Notes under the pieces: model-generated
The model's input: the letters and a program-made list of their open reading frames with translations, nothing else
Told to the model about the DNA's origin: nothing
Database searches by the model: none
Shown: positions 10,177-22,458 of the stretch, piece by piece
Position numbering within the stretch: position 1 is the first letter of the stretch
How the letters are laid out: each line of letters begins with the position of its first letter
Assembly (NCBI RefSeq): GCF_902459465.1
Contig: NC_047063.1
Location: 868,001 to 932,000, forward strand
DNA: 64,000 nt
Direction of reading: 5' to 3'
Source of the DNA: Asterias rubens
Lineage: Eukaryota
Made by a program: the position numbers and the translations under genes

Positions 10177-13176
10177 TACAGACTGGGAATGTCAAAGCCT
10201 GGAATAGGCTTCTCATATTTGCAGTCTTGGTCCTCTTCGCTATCAACACATGGCTTGTCAAAACTCTGCTGAGTATTACCACGGGTTAGTCAGAAATCTC
10301 AGGACGTACTTTATCAAAATGTTAAGCAGGAGTGACCTTGACAATGGTTTAAAGAACTAATAGACTGCCTGCAATGCTTTGATGACAGACAATGAAAACG
10401 TTTACTGGCTGCGCACGACATTCAGCCAATGCTAGGTCTTCACGCATGCACATTTCCAGTGTTTGTCATTAACAATGGTGGCCAATGCAAGGGGCTTATA
10501 AACAGCGCCTCACATGAAGGGTCCTATGGTCCTACCATACAGTGTCCTCCCATGTTTGTGGAAAATTAATGGCGCAATAACGCAGATAACATTTGTGATT
10601 GTCAAAAAGCAACATCTGCGCTTTGTGTGACCCAACATGTACATGAAGTAATGCATTTGTGAAAGTTTATTGCTCAATCAGTCAGCCGAGTCAGTCACAA
10701 GAAAATTGTGGGAAAAACCTACTTTATCTTTTCAATGTTTTCAAACATTGGGTTTTGGACTCGTAAGATCATTTTACTCATTTCTCAAAAGCTATAGTGT
10801 TTCAGGCAAGCATAATTACTCAGTTAATTTATTTTGTAAATATTTTTAATTGTTTTTTTAGATGTAGAATTGCTTGGAGCTGGAACTGGCAGAGAACCTT
10901 TGAAGAACAATCATGCAAATAAACAGGTAAAAAACAGAAAACCAAGAAATATATTGAAACAAGCAATTTTTGAGTATGTTTCAAAAAATATTTTGTATAT
11001 TTGTATATATGCTCTTATAAGACCCTTGGTTAACATATGTTGTCATAGGTTAACATATGTTGTCATAGTTGGTATGGCACTGCTCTATAATTGCAAAGGT
11101 CGTGGGTTTGAATCCCACCCGAGTAATATATGCCTGTGATTTTTTTCACAGAACTCGGGTAAGTACTGAGTAAACAGTGCTAACACACACCAGTGTATGT
11201 GTAAAAACCAAAATTAATATTGTCATACAGTTTTATATAATTTGTTAGTTTATCAGAAACAGGGTCCAACAGCTACTTGGGTTTAGGATTTTGTTGGATT
11301 TTGGGAATCAGACTTGTCACTACCGGTAACAATTTTGTTTTCTTGTTTTTTTTCCCTCAATGTTTTAGGTTCAAATCTTGCTTCAAGACTCCAAGCCCCA
11401 ACTGTGTGCAAGCTCTATTAACATTAATAAGGATAAAGCCATTGTACTGGGGAACCGGGAACCAACTAAAGGTAAGGATCAACAGCAACGTTAGTAAATT
11501 TCAAATTTGTTGTGCTTAAGCAGCTCAATGAAATTGGGCCAAGTTGACGAACTTCAAAGACCTACCAGTATTCAATATTACTCAATTTCACATTGTACTA
11601 TATGTTTTAAACTATAAAATTAAACTGGCTTTTTTTTTCTCGACATTATCAAGGAACAATGACTAACAAATCAACTGATTTTGCAGTATTTAATCCTACT
11701 GAGACAAGTTGAGGTCATCTCATTGATTTACAGTATTTCATGTTTTTCAATTTCGCATTGTACTATAGGTTTTTAAACCCTATAATTAAACTGGCCTTTT
11801 TCTCTACATTTTCAAGTAACAATGACCATCAAAATCAACTGTTTTGTAAACGAGCATTTTGCAGTAAACAGTCTCAATATTTGGACTGTGGGGAAAAGCC
11901 TAACAAAAGGGTAAAATTGAACCATGATGAAGGAATTATCGGTCTGTAATCAAAGTTTATAGCCAATATCATAATGTGAGATCTCGGGTTGACAAGGTTG
12001 GTTTGTTGTCTTTTTGCAGACTTTCTAACGATAGCTATACCAACTGTCAAGCGTGACCAAAAGGACTACCTTCAACAAACGTTAGACTCGCTCATTGAAA
12101 ACTCTACCCCAGAGGAGCGTTCCATCATCACCGTGGTGATATTTGCTGCCAACTTTGATGACGAGCTCAACAAACTCCTGAAGATAGACTTGGAGTCATC
12201 TTACCGCAAATACTTCTCTAATGGATTCATGCAACTGATTGTCGCGCCGCGATCTTTTTATCCACCCTTGAACAATCTCAAACAGAATTTTGGTGATTCT
12301 GAGGATCGCGTTAAATGGAGGGCAAAACAAGTAGTTGACTATGCTTTTTTGTTCAGCTATTGCCATGATCTCTCGGAATATTACCTCCAGCTTGAGGACG
12401 ATGTTGTCTCATCACCAAACTTTGTCCAATCCATCCGAGGATTTCTTGAAATCAATAAACAAAAGCAGTGGAAAACGCTGGAGTTTTCAGAACTTGGCTT
12501 TATCGGGAAGCTTGTGCGGTCCACTGATCTGCTGCGTCTAGCACAATTTATGCTGTTCTTCTATGAGGAACAGCCTGTAGACTTCTTGCAAAAGTATTAC
12601 AATCTACTGAATGCTCAAGAAGGGATGTTCAGACATGCTCCGTCCATTTTCCAGCATGTTGGGGTACAATCCTCCCTCAGAAATAAGGAGCAGGAGCTGG
12701 TTGATCGATTCTTTGAGGAAAACAGCGGCAAGAAGTACCAGAGTGACAACCCACCAGCTGTGTTGTACAGCAGCATGGAAGCCTTCAGCATGTATGTACC
12801 CCAACTAGCCTATAGCTCAAAGCCTGGCTACTTCTGGGGTAAGACACCCATTATGGGTGATACCCTACTCCTGGTCTTTGAGACACCCGTTCGTCTTTCC
12901 AGGGTTGTGATATTAAGTGGTTCAGACACCTACCCCGAGGATATCCTGCGAGCAGGGAAGGTTGAAGTAAGCCCAGTGGTACTGACAATAAGTCTGGACT
13001 CCACACCGAGGTGCACAGACTACCAATTCATAGGGGAGTTTAACGAAGGGAAATTCAATGAGAGGAATTTGGACCAAAAGATTGACTCCCCAGTCAAGTG
13101 TATTCAGGTAAAGGTGACCAAAAGTCAACAGTCTTGGCTACTGGTCAAGGAGATTGCTGTGTGGGTCCACAGATGA
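10173..13176 (+). CDS. MGAT4C: Alpha-1,3-mannosyl-glycoprotein 4-beta-N-acetylglucosaminyltransferase (MGAT4/GT54 family, MGAT4C-like), 478 aa. join(10173-10284,10862-10926,11369-11471,12020-13176)
   Basis: Exon 1 encodes a type-II signal anchor (LLIFAVLVLFAINTWLV). The last exon has GT54 motifs FLTIAIPTVKR, VKWRAKQVVDYAFLF, YYLQLEDDV, LEFSELGFIGKL, EQPVDFL and SIFQHVGVQSSL, then a C-terminal lectin-like region (DNPPAVLYSSM...WLLVKEIAVW). Phases 1/0/1 match and the total of 1437 nt is divisible by 3. Confidence 0.92.
11066..11220 (+). mobile_element. tRNA-derived SINE, third family
   Basis: gttggtatggcactgctctataattgcaaaggtcgtgggtttgaatcccacccgag... matches reversed 62656-62830. Confidence 0.6.
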
Positions 13177-14398
13177 AACTTTGGTCCAAGTTAATCATAT
13201 GTGAATCTAGACAATAATTTACTCATTGGATGAAGCACGATTAAAATAAATATACGTCACACTATGTAGTGCAATTTGTGAGATTTTATATTTTTCCATC
13301 TTTAACAACAGTACCTGTAGAAAAAGGGTTTATGAGTGGGGGTAGGTAGAAGGCTTTGTGGGTGAGATCACATATGGGCTTATGTGGAATGGTATTCCAT
13401 CCAGACACAAAACATACACATTTAAAGTGAATAGAAAATAAACTTCATTCATTCAAACTGCTCTTGGCTTTTAATCCAATTATATTTTCAAACTTGAACC
13501 ATTTGGCAAATGAGTAATCGGATGTAATTATGGCCTTATATAGATTTTCAAAATAAAGTTCAGCAATCAAATATAAAATACTTTGTCTTTCAAGTTGATG
13601 TAATAATTATATTATGTATACATGCAAACGTTATTCATATCAAAAATTGTTTAACTTAAACAGTTACATTTGTGCGTAAAATACAATAATACTGTACTCT
13701 TTCCATTCTGGCACCAATTTAAAAGGAAATACTATAATGTGTAACATATTGCATCTTTCACGGTAGCACTTATTTTATTACGAAGAGTGTTTAAAGGGTT
13801 TTGGGAACTTTTTGTTGGACATAAAACGCAATGTCCATAGATTACACTAAACTTCAGACTTTGAAGATAATGATGGTAGAAAGCTTCCCATAAAATGTTA
13901 CTTGCTGAGGTGTTGTAGTTTTTGAGAAATGAATTTAAAAACAAGTCACACAAAAAAATTCAGGCTCAAACTGAGACCAAAATTATTTCCTCGACAATGT
14001 GTTTTGTGTTACAAAAAGTACCCAAGCCCTTTATAAGTTATGTGAAAGGATATCTTATACTGCAGTATTCAAAGTTTTCTTTGAAGCCTTACTAAATTAT
14101 AAAGATTGCTGATCAGGTGTGGTGCAATTATAGTTTTTTGTTTTCATAAAACAATTTCTTTTACATTTATACATATTCATCATTTTGATTGCCAAATAAA
14201 ACCAATTTGTATTTACAATTAAAAGTACCAACTTTAAATATTATATATTGATTTTTCCTTTGAGAAAAGATTTGCCCCCTTTTGTCCAAACTTCACCTTG
14301 GTTAAGTAGTAAACAAATTCCATGAATGAAGTGGTTTAAAATATAGGTGGGAAACTCGAATATGTTCCCTTCCTCTAGGGATATTGTCATCACTTGTA

Positions 14399-15753
14399 CT
14401 ACCTAGTTTTCTTTATTGGCACAGACAGTGAGGAATTAGAATGTTTACTTCTAGTTCTTTGTAACCTTGGCGTTTTTCTACTGCCACTAGTATCTTTCAT
14501 CATAGTGTTGTCCCTCTTCAAGGTCTTGCTCAAGGATTTCACCATCTTGTCTTTGGAAATGCTGATCTGATGGTGACTTTGTGTAAAAGCAGAAGAAATC
14601 CTGTAAGGTGGAGGGGTAGATGCCGTATCAAAGGGATTCATAGATATCTGAGATTGTGGAGCAGTTGCTACTTTCCTTGGAACATCTCTTGTTAACATGA
14701 GTGTTTTGGAGAGTTTAGGAGCAACCAAGCTAGCGGCAGTCACTTCCAGGCTTGGGAAGGCTTCCTGTTGGTACTCTGCAGCCATCTGTCGATTTGCCTC
14801 CTCTACGCACCGGTAGCAAGTCCGCTGGCCCAACACCTCACAGTAATGGAGGTTAGAGTCAGAGTCTTGGTGATTGCTTAGTGGTGGGGGTAAGACATGT
14901 CTGTATCTTTTATTGGTTAGGGTCATCTTCCCATTCAGACCATTGTGAACCCAGCGGTACTCGTGACTAATGGTGTTTGCTGTTGGTCGACGAAGGATTG
15001 GTCGACCTCTCCGATGACTGGCGCTGCCACTAATATGAGGAACTACTGGGTACCCTGTGATGTTTCTCATATATCCCTGCTCCTCTCTTAATGTTATGTC
15101 GGTTGCCTCTCTTGTAAGAAGATCTCGATGCCCAGGTCTTGGTAATCTGGAGAAGAAAAACAAATTAATTAATAATTAAACTAATATCCTCCCAAGTATT
15201 TGTCAAAGGAAATCTTAATTCCTATGTAATGGTTCTTGTCTATAATAACCTACATATTTTGACTCTGATAACATTTGTTTGCCAGGCACCAGGCTAAAAG
15301 TAAATGACTTTAGGAACCAGTCATGATAATTGGTCCTTGAAAAAAAGTAGGAATAGTTTGATGAGAACAAGGGCTGACCTACATGTACACTTATGGTGTA
15401 TGCTTTATTTCAGGCTATTTTATTACAACTTTTCCGGATTTTCCAAAGAAGGACAAAAATCAGAAATCGAGCTTAAGTGGAAAGAATATAATGCCTGGGG
15501 AAAAAAAAACACATCCTTCAAAATGAAAAAAATATAAGTAAGATTTAGGCCATTTGAGAACCTGAGGCAACTTACCCAGTTGTGTTTTTCTTTTTGGCAT
15601 AGATGCTGTTTGTGTCCAGCCAGTTCTCCCTTCTCTGTTGATGGGAGTGAAACTCCCATGACTTTGGGGTCTTTATTGTTACAGGCTTCCGGGAGTAGTG
15701 GGACAGCTCTGGGAGGCTTCGGATTGATTCTTGACTTGACGAGATCATCTCAT
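14399..15753 (-). CDS. Uncharacterised basic, Ser/Thr/Arg/Lys-rich protein, last two exons (15576-15753; 14399-15146)
   Basis: The 748-nt terminal exon is open to the TAG at 14399 and follows a pyrimidine-rich acceptor (tttttcttctccag). The 178-nt upstream exon (ttcag..gtaag) joins it in phase 2: ...EMISSSQESIRSLPELSHY...KKKNTTG/LPRPGHRDLL. No family recognised. Confidence 0.65.
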
Positions 15754-16626
15754 CTGAACACAGAAGAAGAAATTAGTAATTAGTTAATTTATAGTCGGTT
15801 TAAAGACAAAGAACATCAGGACTTGCATTCCATTTTTCAAAGAGCACTTTTATTTGGGCAACTTTTGAAAGGGCACCTCGGCTAACATACCAGGGGCAGG
15901 CCGAGGCCATGCTTCTGTGTAATTTCTGGCCCCAAATATAGTAATTGAACAATTACGAAATTAACAAATTGTTATAGTTCCTGTCTGAAACCTACCTCAT
16001 TTAAAGTTCACACTTCTTAAGAACAATAGCTCCTTTTAAAATCAGAAAACATTGCTTGAAAAACCAATATAATATACAACAATGCTTACTGCTTTATGAA
16101 GTTTGGGAGCTGTTGAATATAGAATGCACTGAAGGAATGTGGGATATTCAACTCAATGCAGGTTGAAGTAGTTTCCCAGTTACTAACAAAATGTGCCGAA
16201 ATTTTGACTGTTTGCTGTCTATAATGTGATTAATTTACAAGAAGAGGCTAACTCTCAATTGTCATCACTATTAAACAGCCGTAAATATTTTCCACATTCA
16301 AGTAAATGTATTCCAAACGCGGCTGAAGGTATAGGGAAAACAATAAAGAAAGGCTGACCTATTATAATGCGAATAGACGTTTCAGGTTGATGATATTTAT
16401 ACGCAAATATTCTGATTTTTTGAAAGAAAAAAAATCACAAGTCAGACTAATATGAGCGGGAAAAATATCACGCCTGTATTGTTAAAGTGGAAAGACTTTA
16501 ATTTAATGGACTGATATTTTGACCCAAGCGTAGTGGTAGAAACGTCAGTAGCATTTAAGTCACGTCATGAAGGGTCACAATTTAGTTGAAAGGCAGCCTG
16601 CAACAGCTATCTCCCCCGTTTATTAA

Positions 16627-16969
16627 AGACAGTGGACACTATTGGTAACATGTCAAAGACTAGTCTTCTCACTTGGTCTTCTCAACATATGCATAAAATA
16701 ACAAACCTGTGAAAATTTGAGCTCAATTTGTCGTCAAAGTGGCGAGATAATAATGAAAGAAAAAACACCCTGTCACACGAAGTTGTGTGCTTTCAGATGC
16801 TTGATTTCGAGACCTCAAATTCTAAACCCGAGGTCTCAAAACCAAATTCTTGGAAAATTACTTCTTTCTCGAAAACTAAGTTACTTCAGAGGGAGCCGTT
16901 TCTCATGATGTTTTATACTATCAACAACTCCCCATTACTCGTTACCAGGAAAGGTTTTATGCTAATTGT
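16627..16969 (+). mobile_element. Kolobok-like MITE, 3'-truncated
   Basis: ttaa-agacagtggacactattggtaa start. The family sequence stops where a different MITE begins at 16970. Confidence 0.75.
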
Positions 16970-17105
16970 AAGGAAAAGTTTCCGTATGGCGCCACCACTT
17001 TTTCATTCGATATGAAATAATACAGTATCTAATTTAGCTCAATGAGATATCCCTTTTTGTAAAAATGAGTGAAAAAGTGGTGGCGCCATACGGAAAGTAA
17101 TCCTT
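16970..17105. mobile_element. 136-bp MITE with ~36-bp TIRs
   Basis: aaggaaaagtttccgtatggcgccaccactttttca ... tgaaaaagtggtggcgccatacggaaagtaatcctt. Confidence 0.8.
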
Positions 17106-17203
17106 CGGGGAGACTTCTCAGTTCTGAAAAACACATGGTGTTACCGCAAACCAAATATACATATAATGGTAAATGATCGTAAATAGCTCGTTGTAATACT
17201 CAC

Positions 17204-17245
17204 CGTTTGGCACTTCATTATACAGCAGAGGCACTTGGTCAGAGA
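17204..17245 (-). CDS. Candidate 42-nt phase 1-1 exon (xSDQVPLLYNEVPN) of the 14.4-15.8 kb gene
   Basis: Acceptor ttttacacgcag and donor gtgagt; joins the 15753 exon in frame. Confidence 0.45.
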
Positions 17246-20200
17246 CTGCGTGTAAAATAAATACGGACAAGGCAATCAGAACAGACACTTTGGCATGTCT
17301 TTAGCACTCATCTTCATTTCAGAAAGCAAGAGTGTGTATGCAAAATTATCCCACACGATGACTTTAACTAACTGTTTTCACTCTAAGCCTTCTAATACCC
17401 ACTACAGCAGTGGCTAGTTTATCCACACAGCGATACAACAGGATTGATCCGACAAAAGAAATAATCTATCAGTGGTGCGATGTGGAGATCGCACAATAGA
17501 CTGTCGCCTTGGTTTCGATCAAAGCGATCGATCGGGCGCTAATCTATTTTATTCAGAGCAGTTCATAATGGCAGGGGTCATGATAATGTTGATGAAATAC
17601 ACCCCTTTAAAAGTCAATTGCTTTCATTAATCAGTAGGACAGTTTAAGTTGAACCAATTAGTGTGTAACTAATTAAATTATATAACCGCGGTTATGGTGT
17701 GTTGAAGATGAAATTGCCGCCCGGCCATTTCGGACTGGGTCCTTTTTGCCATGACAAGTAATGAATGCTGAAACTCTCTCGATATCCAAGGATTCAGACT
17801 AACGTTTCAAGCTTCGGATTTGATTGCAATTATTTGGAATATAGGAGGGGGAAATGGCGATAGTTCGTCGTTATTGTGTTAACAATAAAACTTGTGTTAA
17901 AATAGATTTTAGTGAAAGTAAATAAAATCGTCATGAAAAATCAGATCGAGCGCTTGAAATCACATGTGGCATGATATCCGGTTGTTTGTGTGTCTGACCT
18001 CATATTTTCTGGGTCAAATTCATGCCCGGGGTTATGATCCAGTTCGTGAAGGAATGCATTTTAAGAAAATAATATGTGAACAAGTAAATTTGCCATCTAA
18101 TTAGTTAGTTTCTCGTCCAACAATCTCTTTAAATTATGGCAGATGTTCCTTCATTGGTAAAATGACGTAGCAAACTACGGGCCACGTCCCTGATGCATTT
18201 ATAACGGGAATTAAATGAGAATAACTAAAATTTGTCAATAATGTCTGCCGACTTTTGGTTCAGTTTTTTTTAAAGCTCTTTTTAAAATATTAAAATGATA
18301 AAATCCAATAGTAAACAAACTATGAACTATCTTAGGCCTAAAAGCAAGAGGGCGCTAACAGGAATTACACTTTCACTAAAACAAACGTTTATTAGGCCTA
18401 GTTAAACTCTGACAACCTTAAGAAATATGTCTTGAAGAAAAGAACGACAAATCTCTATTAAGAGAGAGGGGAATTGGTTGCATGCAATAGTATTGCTCTG
18501 GTTGCATTCGGCTGCAATTTGTAAAAGGCAACTTAATTATTTGAATGAAGGCCTGGAACAATACACTGCACAATTTTGATAGTCACTAACTTGATCAAGT
18601 AATTTCTACCGTATTCCTATATTATAATAATATGATATATCTACATACGTTGCTGCTGCATAGACCTACGTCCTGGATTGTGTTACATTACTATACAGGT
18701 GACAGTTTTACACCAAGCTTCAAACGATTACTTGACAATCCCTGGCTTTTGGACATACACCATTTAATCAATTTATCCAAGCGTAGGGGCCTGTGATTTA
18801 TGAGTGGAAATACAGTATTTTGGATTAAATAAAGTGATTATTTAAACTGAGTATTGAATAATGATATAAATAAAGTGTTAAATTTAATTTATGGACAACG
18901 ATGTGGTTACTAAACCGTTTCAATTTACACGTAATAAACTACAATGGGAACTGACTATTAGGATTTAAATTAATACATACCTCAACACAGTGTGAAGACT
19001 TCAAGCTGTTCATGACGGAAATTAAAAATGCACTGGACCAATTATTGCGTCGTGGTCCATACTGCTTTCTTGCACGTTCTGTGTTTCACTTGCCTATAAA
19101 CGCAGCAAGGAGCAGAGAGAGAGGCCGGGAAGTCGTTCACCCATGCCCCCGATGTGGCAGTCGATACAGCAGCAGACACGGTTATAAACCAACTCTAGAC
19201 AGCAGCGATGGTTGCTATACGCAAGAAGTGCCAGGGTAAAGAAACGCTTGAATGGGTCTACCGTGTCCCGGTCACACTCTGATGTTGAACTTCAGTGATT
19301 TTGCAACTTTCTTACACCCCTTTTTGCTTGAATGAGCGTTTTGGTATTGAAATAGTTTAATTTATCTACAAAAAGATTTGTTTTCTGACTTCATCGGTTT
19401 CAGCTCCGACTTCGTTTACAGACCAACAAAAAGGAAGGTAACTGTCCCATGAATAGCACCGCAATTTCTTAATGCTGACAATGCCGTCGGGCTATTTACC
19501 GACCATTGTTGACAAAGTGTATACGGGTTGGACAAGTCGACCAATTTACTCTCCACAACTATTGACAAAGACTATTTTAAGACTGTCACGAAGATCTGAC
19601 AACATTTGGACGACCACTTTACTCTGAATGCTTAATGGTGTTTACAACTACTTTGTTTGTTCCGCATTCGTTTATGCGTGAATCCAACTACACACAGTCA
19701 ACTGCATTTTTTATTGGCAACCGATTTATTTGCAAAATGACGGCTGGAGACGAAATCTCCACTTTGCCCAACCCGTAGAGTGAACATTTTACATTGTTGT
19801 TTACTACAACTGCTGTCCAAGGGCATTTGGGAATGTCTTGCTCGATCAACAGTGCTCCTATATAACGACGACCATGTTTGGTATTTTTGCCAAGTCGCTG
19901 AAGAATGTATATATAGCCTACTTTTGATTTGAATTGAAGCATAAAGGACTGATGATAGAAAATAACAAACGATGAACTAATTTGGCTAAAAAAGAAATGG
20001 ATCGGGTTTCAGTAATTATAAATATTACTTATTATTACGGTCTATAAACTTGTAGGCCTATATAGCTCCGATAATTGTATTTCCACTGATGAAAGTACGC
20101 TTAGAAAAAGTAGAAAACAAGCAAGCTGTAAATATTGTTTAAAAAGAAAAGTCGAGTGGCAACCGCCCGAAGTGGGGCTGGTTGAAAGAGGGAGAAGGAA

Positions 20201-20776
20201 ATGGGAGATGGGGGCGAGAGGAAGGATTGTTGTACCAACCTCTTTGGTTGTATCAACTACGACGGCCTGGCAAAACACAAGCGTAGACCTGCTCTTATCT
20301 AATTCGCTTTTTATAAAAACTTTGATAATTATTCATCAATTTTCAGTAAAGAGTATGACAGAAACTCGTACTGTTTCAAATTGAGAATATTTGTCCGTGT
20401 ACAACCAAGCAAACCGTGTTATTATTATCAAACATGGTGTAAAAAGAAGCAAACAAACTGGTTCCTTTGTGGAAGTGTGTTTGCCCCAAGCCCCCAGCGG
20501 CTCCGACCGCGTTTTACGGCGAGACTTGCCGGGGCTCTAAGTCAATATTGACGGCAGGGATTTAAACCGTGATTGCGAGAAGATGAAAGACACGACTTAA
20601 CATTGCGCTATATCCTTAGTAACAGCAACACGCCATTATATGTTTACAACAAGCACAGCTAACTTCCTTGAGGTGACGAAGAAAATGACTTGGGAAGTTT
20701 TCTCATCAAAGAAACATGAGTCTGATGGGATTTGTCAGATAGTTCATACAGTTCTGAAAACTCACTTTGGACTCAC

Positions 20777-20884
20777 TTCTTGAGATCCGAGGCAACCATC
20801 GCTTCAATCGGTAGCTGAGATTCTCCTCTTCGTTGGGAACATAGATCACGATCCATGGCTTGGCAGCGATGAAGACCAGCGGTG
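20777..20884 (-). CDS. Candidate 108-nt phase 1-1 exon (PLVFIAAKPWIVIYVPNEEENLSYRLKRWLPRISR), possibly of the same gene
   Basis: Acceptor ctttgtgtacag and donor gtgagt. It lies in open frame 20706-21023 and is phase-compatible with exon 17204-17245. An alternative acceptor near 20997 and donor at 20765 also exist. Confidence 0.3.
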
Positions 20885-21153
20885 CTGTACACAAAGACCA
20901 GCAGATGAAGCCACACAAATCACAGCTTTTCAACACTAAAGATGAACTTTCCATCACATTAACGTAGGAGACGATGTGCCGATGTGAAAGATTGAAACTC
21001 GAAAGAAAAAACATTACACCCACTTATCTTATTATTTATAACGCAAGGACGAGGGCCCTTTCATTTGAACTAAAACAGCACGGATTGTTGCACTTCGGGT
21101 AACGAGCGTCATAGTTCTGGGTTTGCGCAAACGGATGTCTACTTCTGCCAATA

Positions 21154-22458
21154 ATGCATTCCTTTTACAGCAAATTCCACGACGATTCGGATAACGTCCT
21201 GTCCAATGGGATAAATGGAGTAACGTTTAGAGATGAAAACCCCAAATATTGGTCCTCTTCGAAGGAGAAGCGGCTCGTGAAGACAACGAGTCGAACCGTC
21301 AGGGAAACGCCGCGAACGCGACATCGAAGTGAGTCTGGCAATGGTTGGAGAGAGTCGGAGAAACGCGCGGTATCTGAACGCAGAGACCTTGCACGTGGAA
21401 GGAAACCAATGCCGTCCAACTATTCAACTATTGTGACCAATAAACCCCTCAGCTCTCCTGAAAAGCGATCTGTGGACAAGGCGAACCCTTCCCGTATCGA
21501 GGACGACCGTACCGCAAGTTCACCCTCTAAATCCCACGATGGTGGGCCAACCAGCATGCCGTCTAGATTGGACATGTTTGACCACAACATGCCAAAAACA
21601 TTCACAAGTGTTTCATCACGTAACTCAAAAACCTTTAAGTCCGGAGTCGGCGTTGACACTGAAAGAGTAGATCAAATTGTAGAAGTCGGAAACATTCCCT
21701 CAACAAGGAGAGGCAGTTTAAAACTGACCGAAGTTCAATCCGGGTCGAGCTTTGAAAAGAACCCTGTACTACCTGAAATAAGAAATGTCGGGAATCACGA
21801 AGCAGATATCACACAACTTGCAAAGGATTCATCTGAAATTCAAATTAGTCCCCATAGTAACCAGACGCTTGGGCTCACTGATGAGATGCCACATACATCC
21901 TTCATGGAGGCATCAAGGAGGAATATCGCTTCCTCACTCAGCTCTATGTCTGCAGCCCGTAGGAGGCTGGACCGGTCAACATCAACTGAACTCTTAAGAC
22001 CAACCACGGTGCCCAACTTCCCGACCGTACACCCCTCACCAGTAGGAGCACCAGATAACGATCTCAAAGTCATCAGATCTACGACGAGTGACGGCACCGA
22101 CGACGTTATACTCTTCCGCAAGAGGTCGCAGAGCGTGCCTGATGTTGTCTCCCCACGGGCAGCAGGAGCAATTCACCCGCCTAGAACGGCATGGAAACCC
22201 GCAAGGAATTCACCACCGAAGAGATCTTCTGTCAACAGAGGGGCCACGATGAAGCAAGTGGGTCCATCCTGGTCAATGAAATCGAGAGGCGAGTTTCCGC
22301 TTCTCACCGGCAAGAACGAATTGGTTCTCTTCGAACCAGGGGTGGTTTTCTTCGAAGATTCCATACCATCAAATATCTACTATGACTCGCTTTTTAAAAC
22401 TGTCCGGCGGTCCATGTATGACATTTATAAACATAAAGACAACTTAGACGGCAAGTGA
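21154..22458 (+). CDS. Uncharacterised, probably disordered Ser/Thr/Arg/Pro-rich protein, 434-aa ORF (may be a terminal exon starting at 21171)
   Basis: 1305-nt open frame, GC-richer than its flanks, ending in TGA. Contains kinase/14-3-3-type motifs (RRGSL, RKRSQSVP). No domain recognised. Confidence 0.75.
   Translation: MHSFYSKFHDDSDNVLSNGINGVTFRDENPKYWSSSKEKRLVKTTSRTVRETPRTRHRSESGNGWRESEKRAVSERRDLARGRKPMPSNYSTIVTNKPLSSPEKRSVDKANPSRIEDDRTASSPSKSHDGGPTSMPSRLDMFDHNMPKTFTSVSSRNSKTFKSGVGVDTERVDQIVEVGNIPSTRRGSLKLTEVQSGSSFEKNPVLPEIRNVGNHEADITQLAKDSSEIQISPHSNQTLGLTDEMPHTSFMEASRRNIASSLSSMSAARRRLDRSTSTELLRPTTVPNFPTVHPSPVGAPDNDLKVIRSTTSDGTDDVILFRKRSQSVPDVVSPRAAGAIHPPRTAWKPARNSPPKRSSVNRGATMKQVGPSWSMKSRGEFPLLTGKNELVLFEPGVVFFEDSIPSNIYYDSLFKTVRRSMYDIYKHKDNLDGK

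Noticed and set aside
17246-17317. Signal-peptide-like frame (HAKVSVLIALSVFILHA) upstream of the 42-nt exon, reachable from MKMSAK by a 1-nt frameshift
   Set aside because: Better explained by a T-rich acceptor tract; an in-frame stop precedes it, and the downstream protein looks intracellular.
18981-19013. Possible first exon MNSLKSSHCVE|gtatgt for the minus-strand orphan gene
   Set aside because: Phase 0 leads to a stop (ATG AGA TGA) in the 15753 exon. At most a 5' UTR/uORF exon; unsupported.
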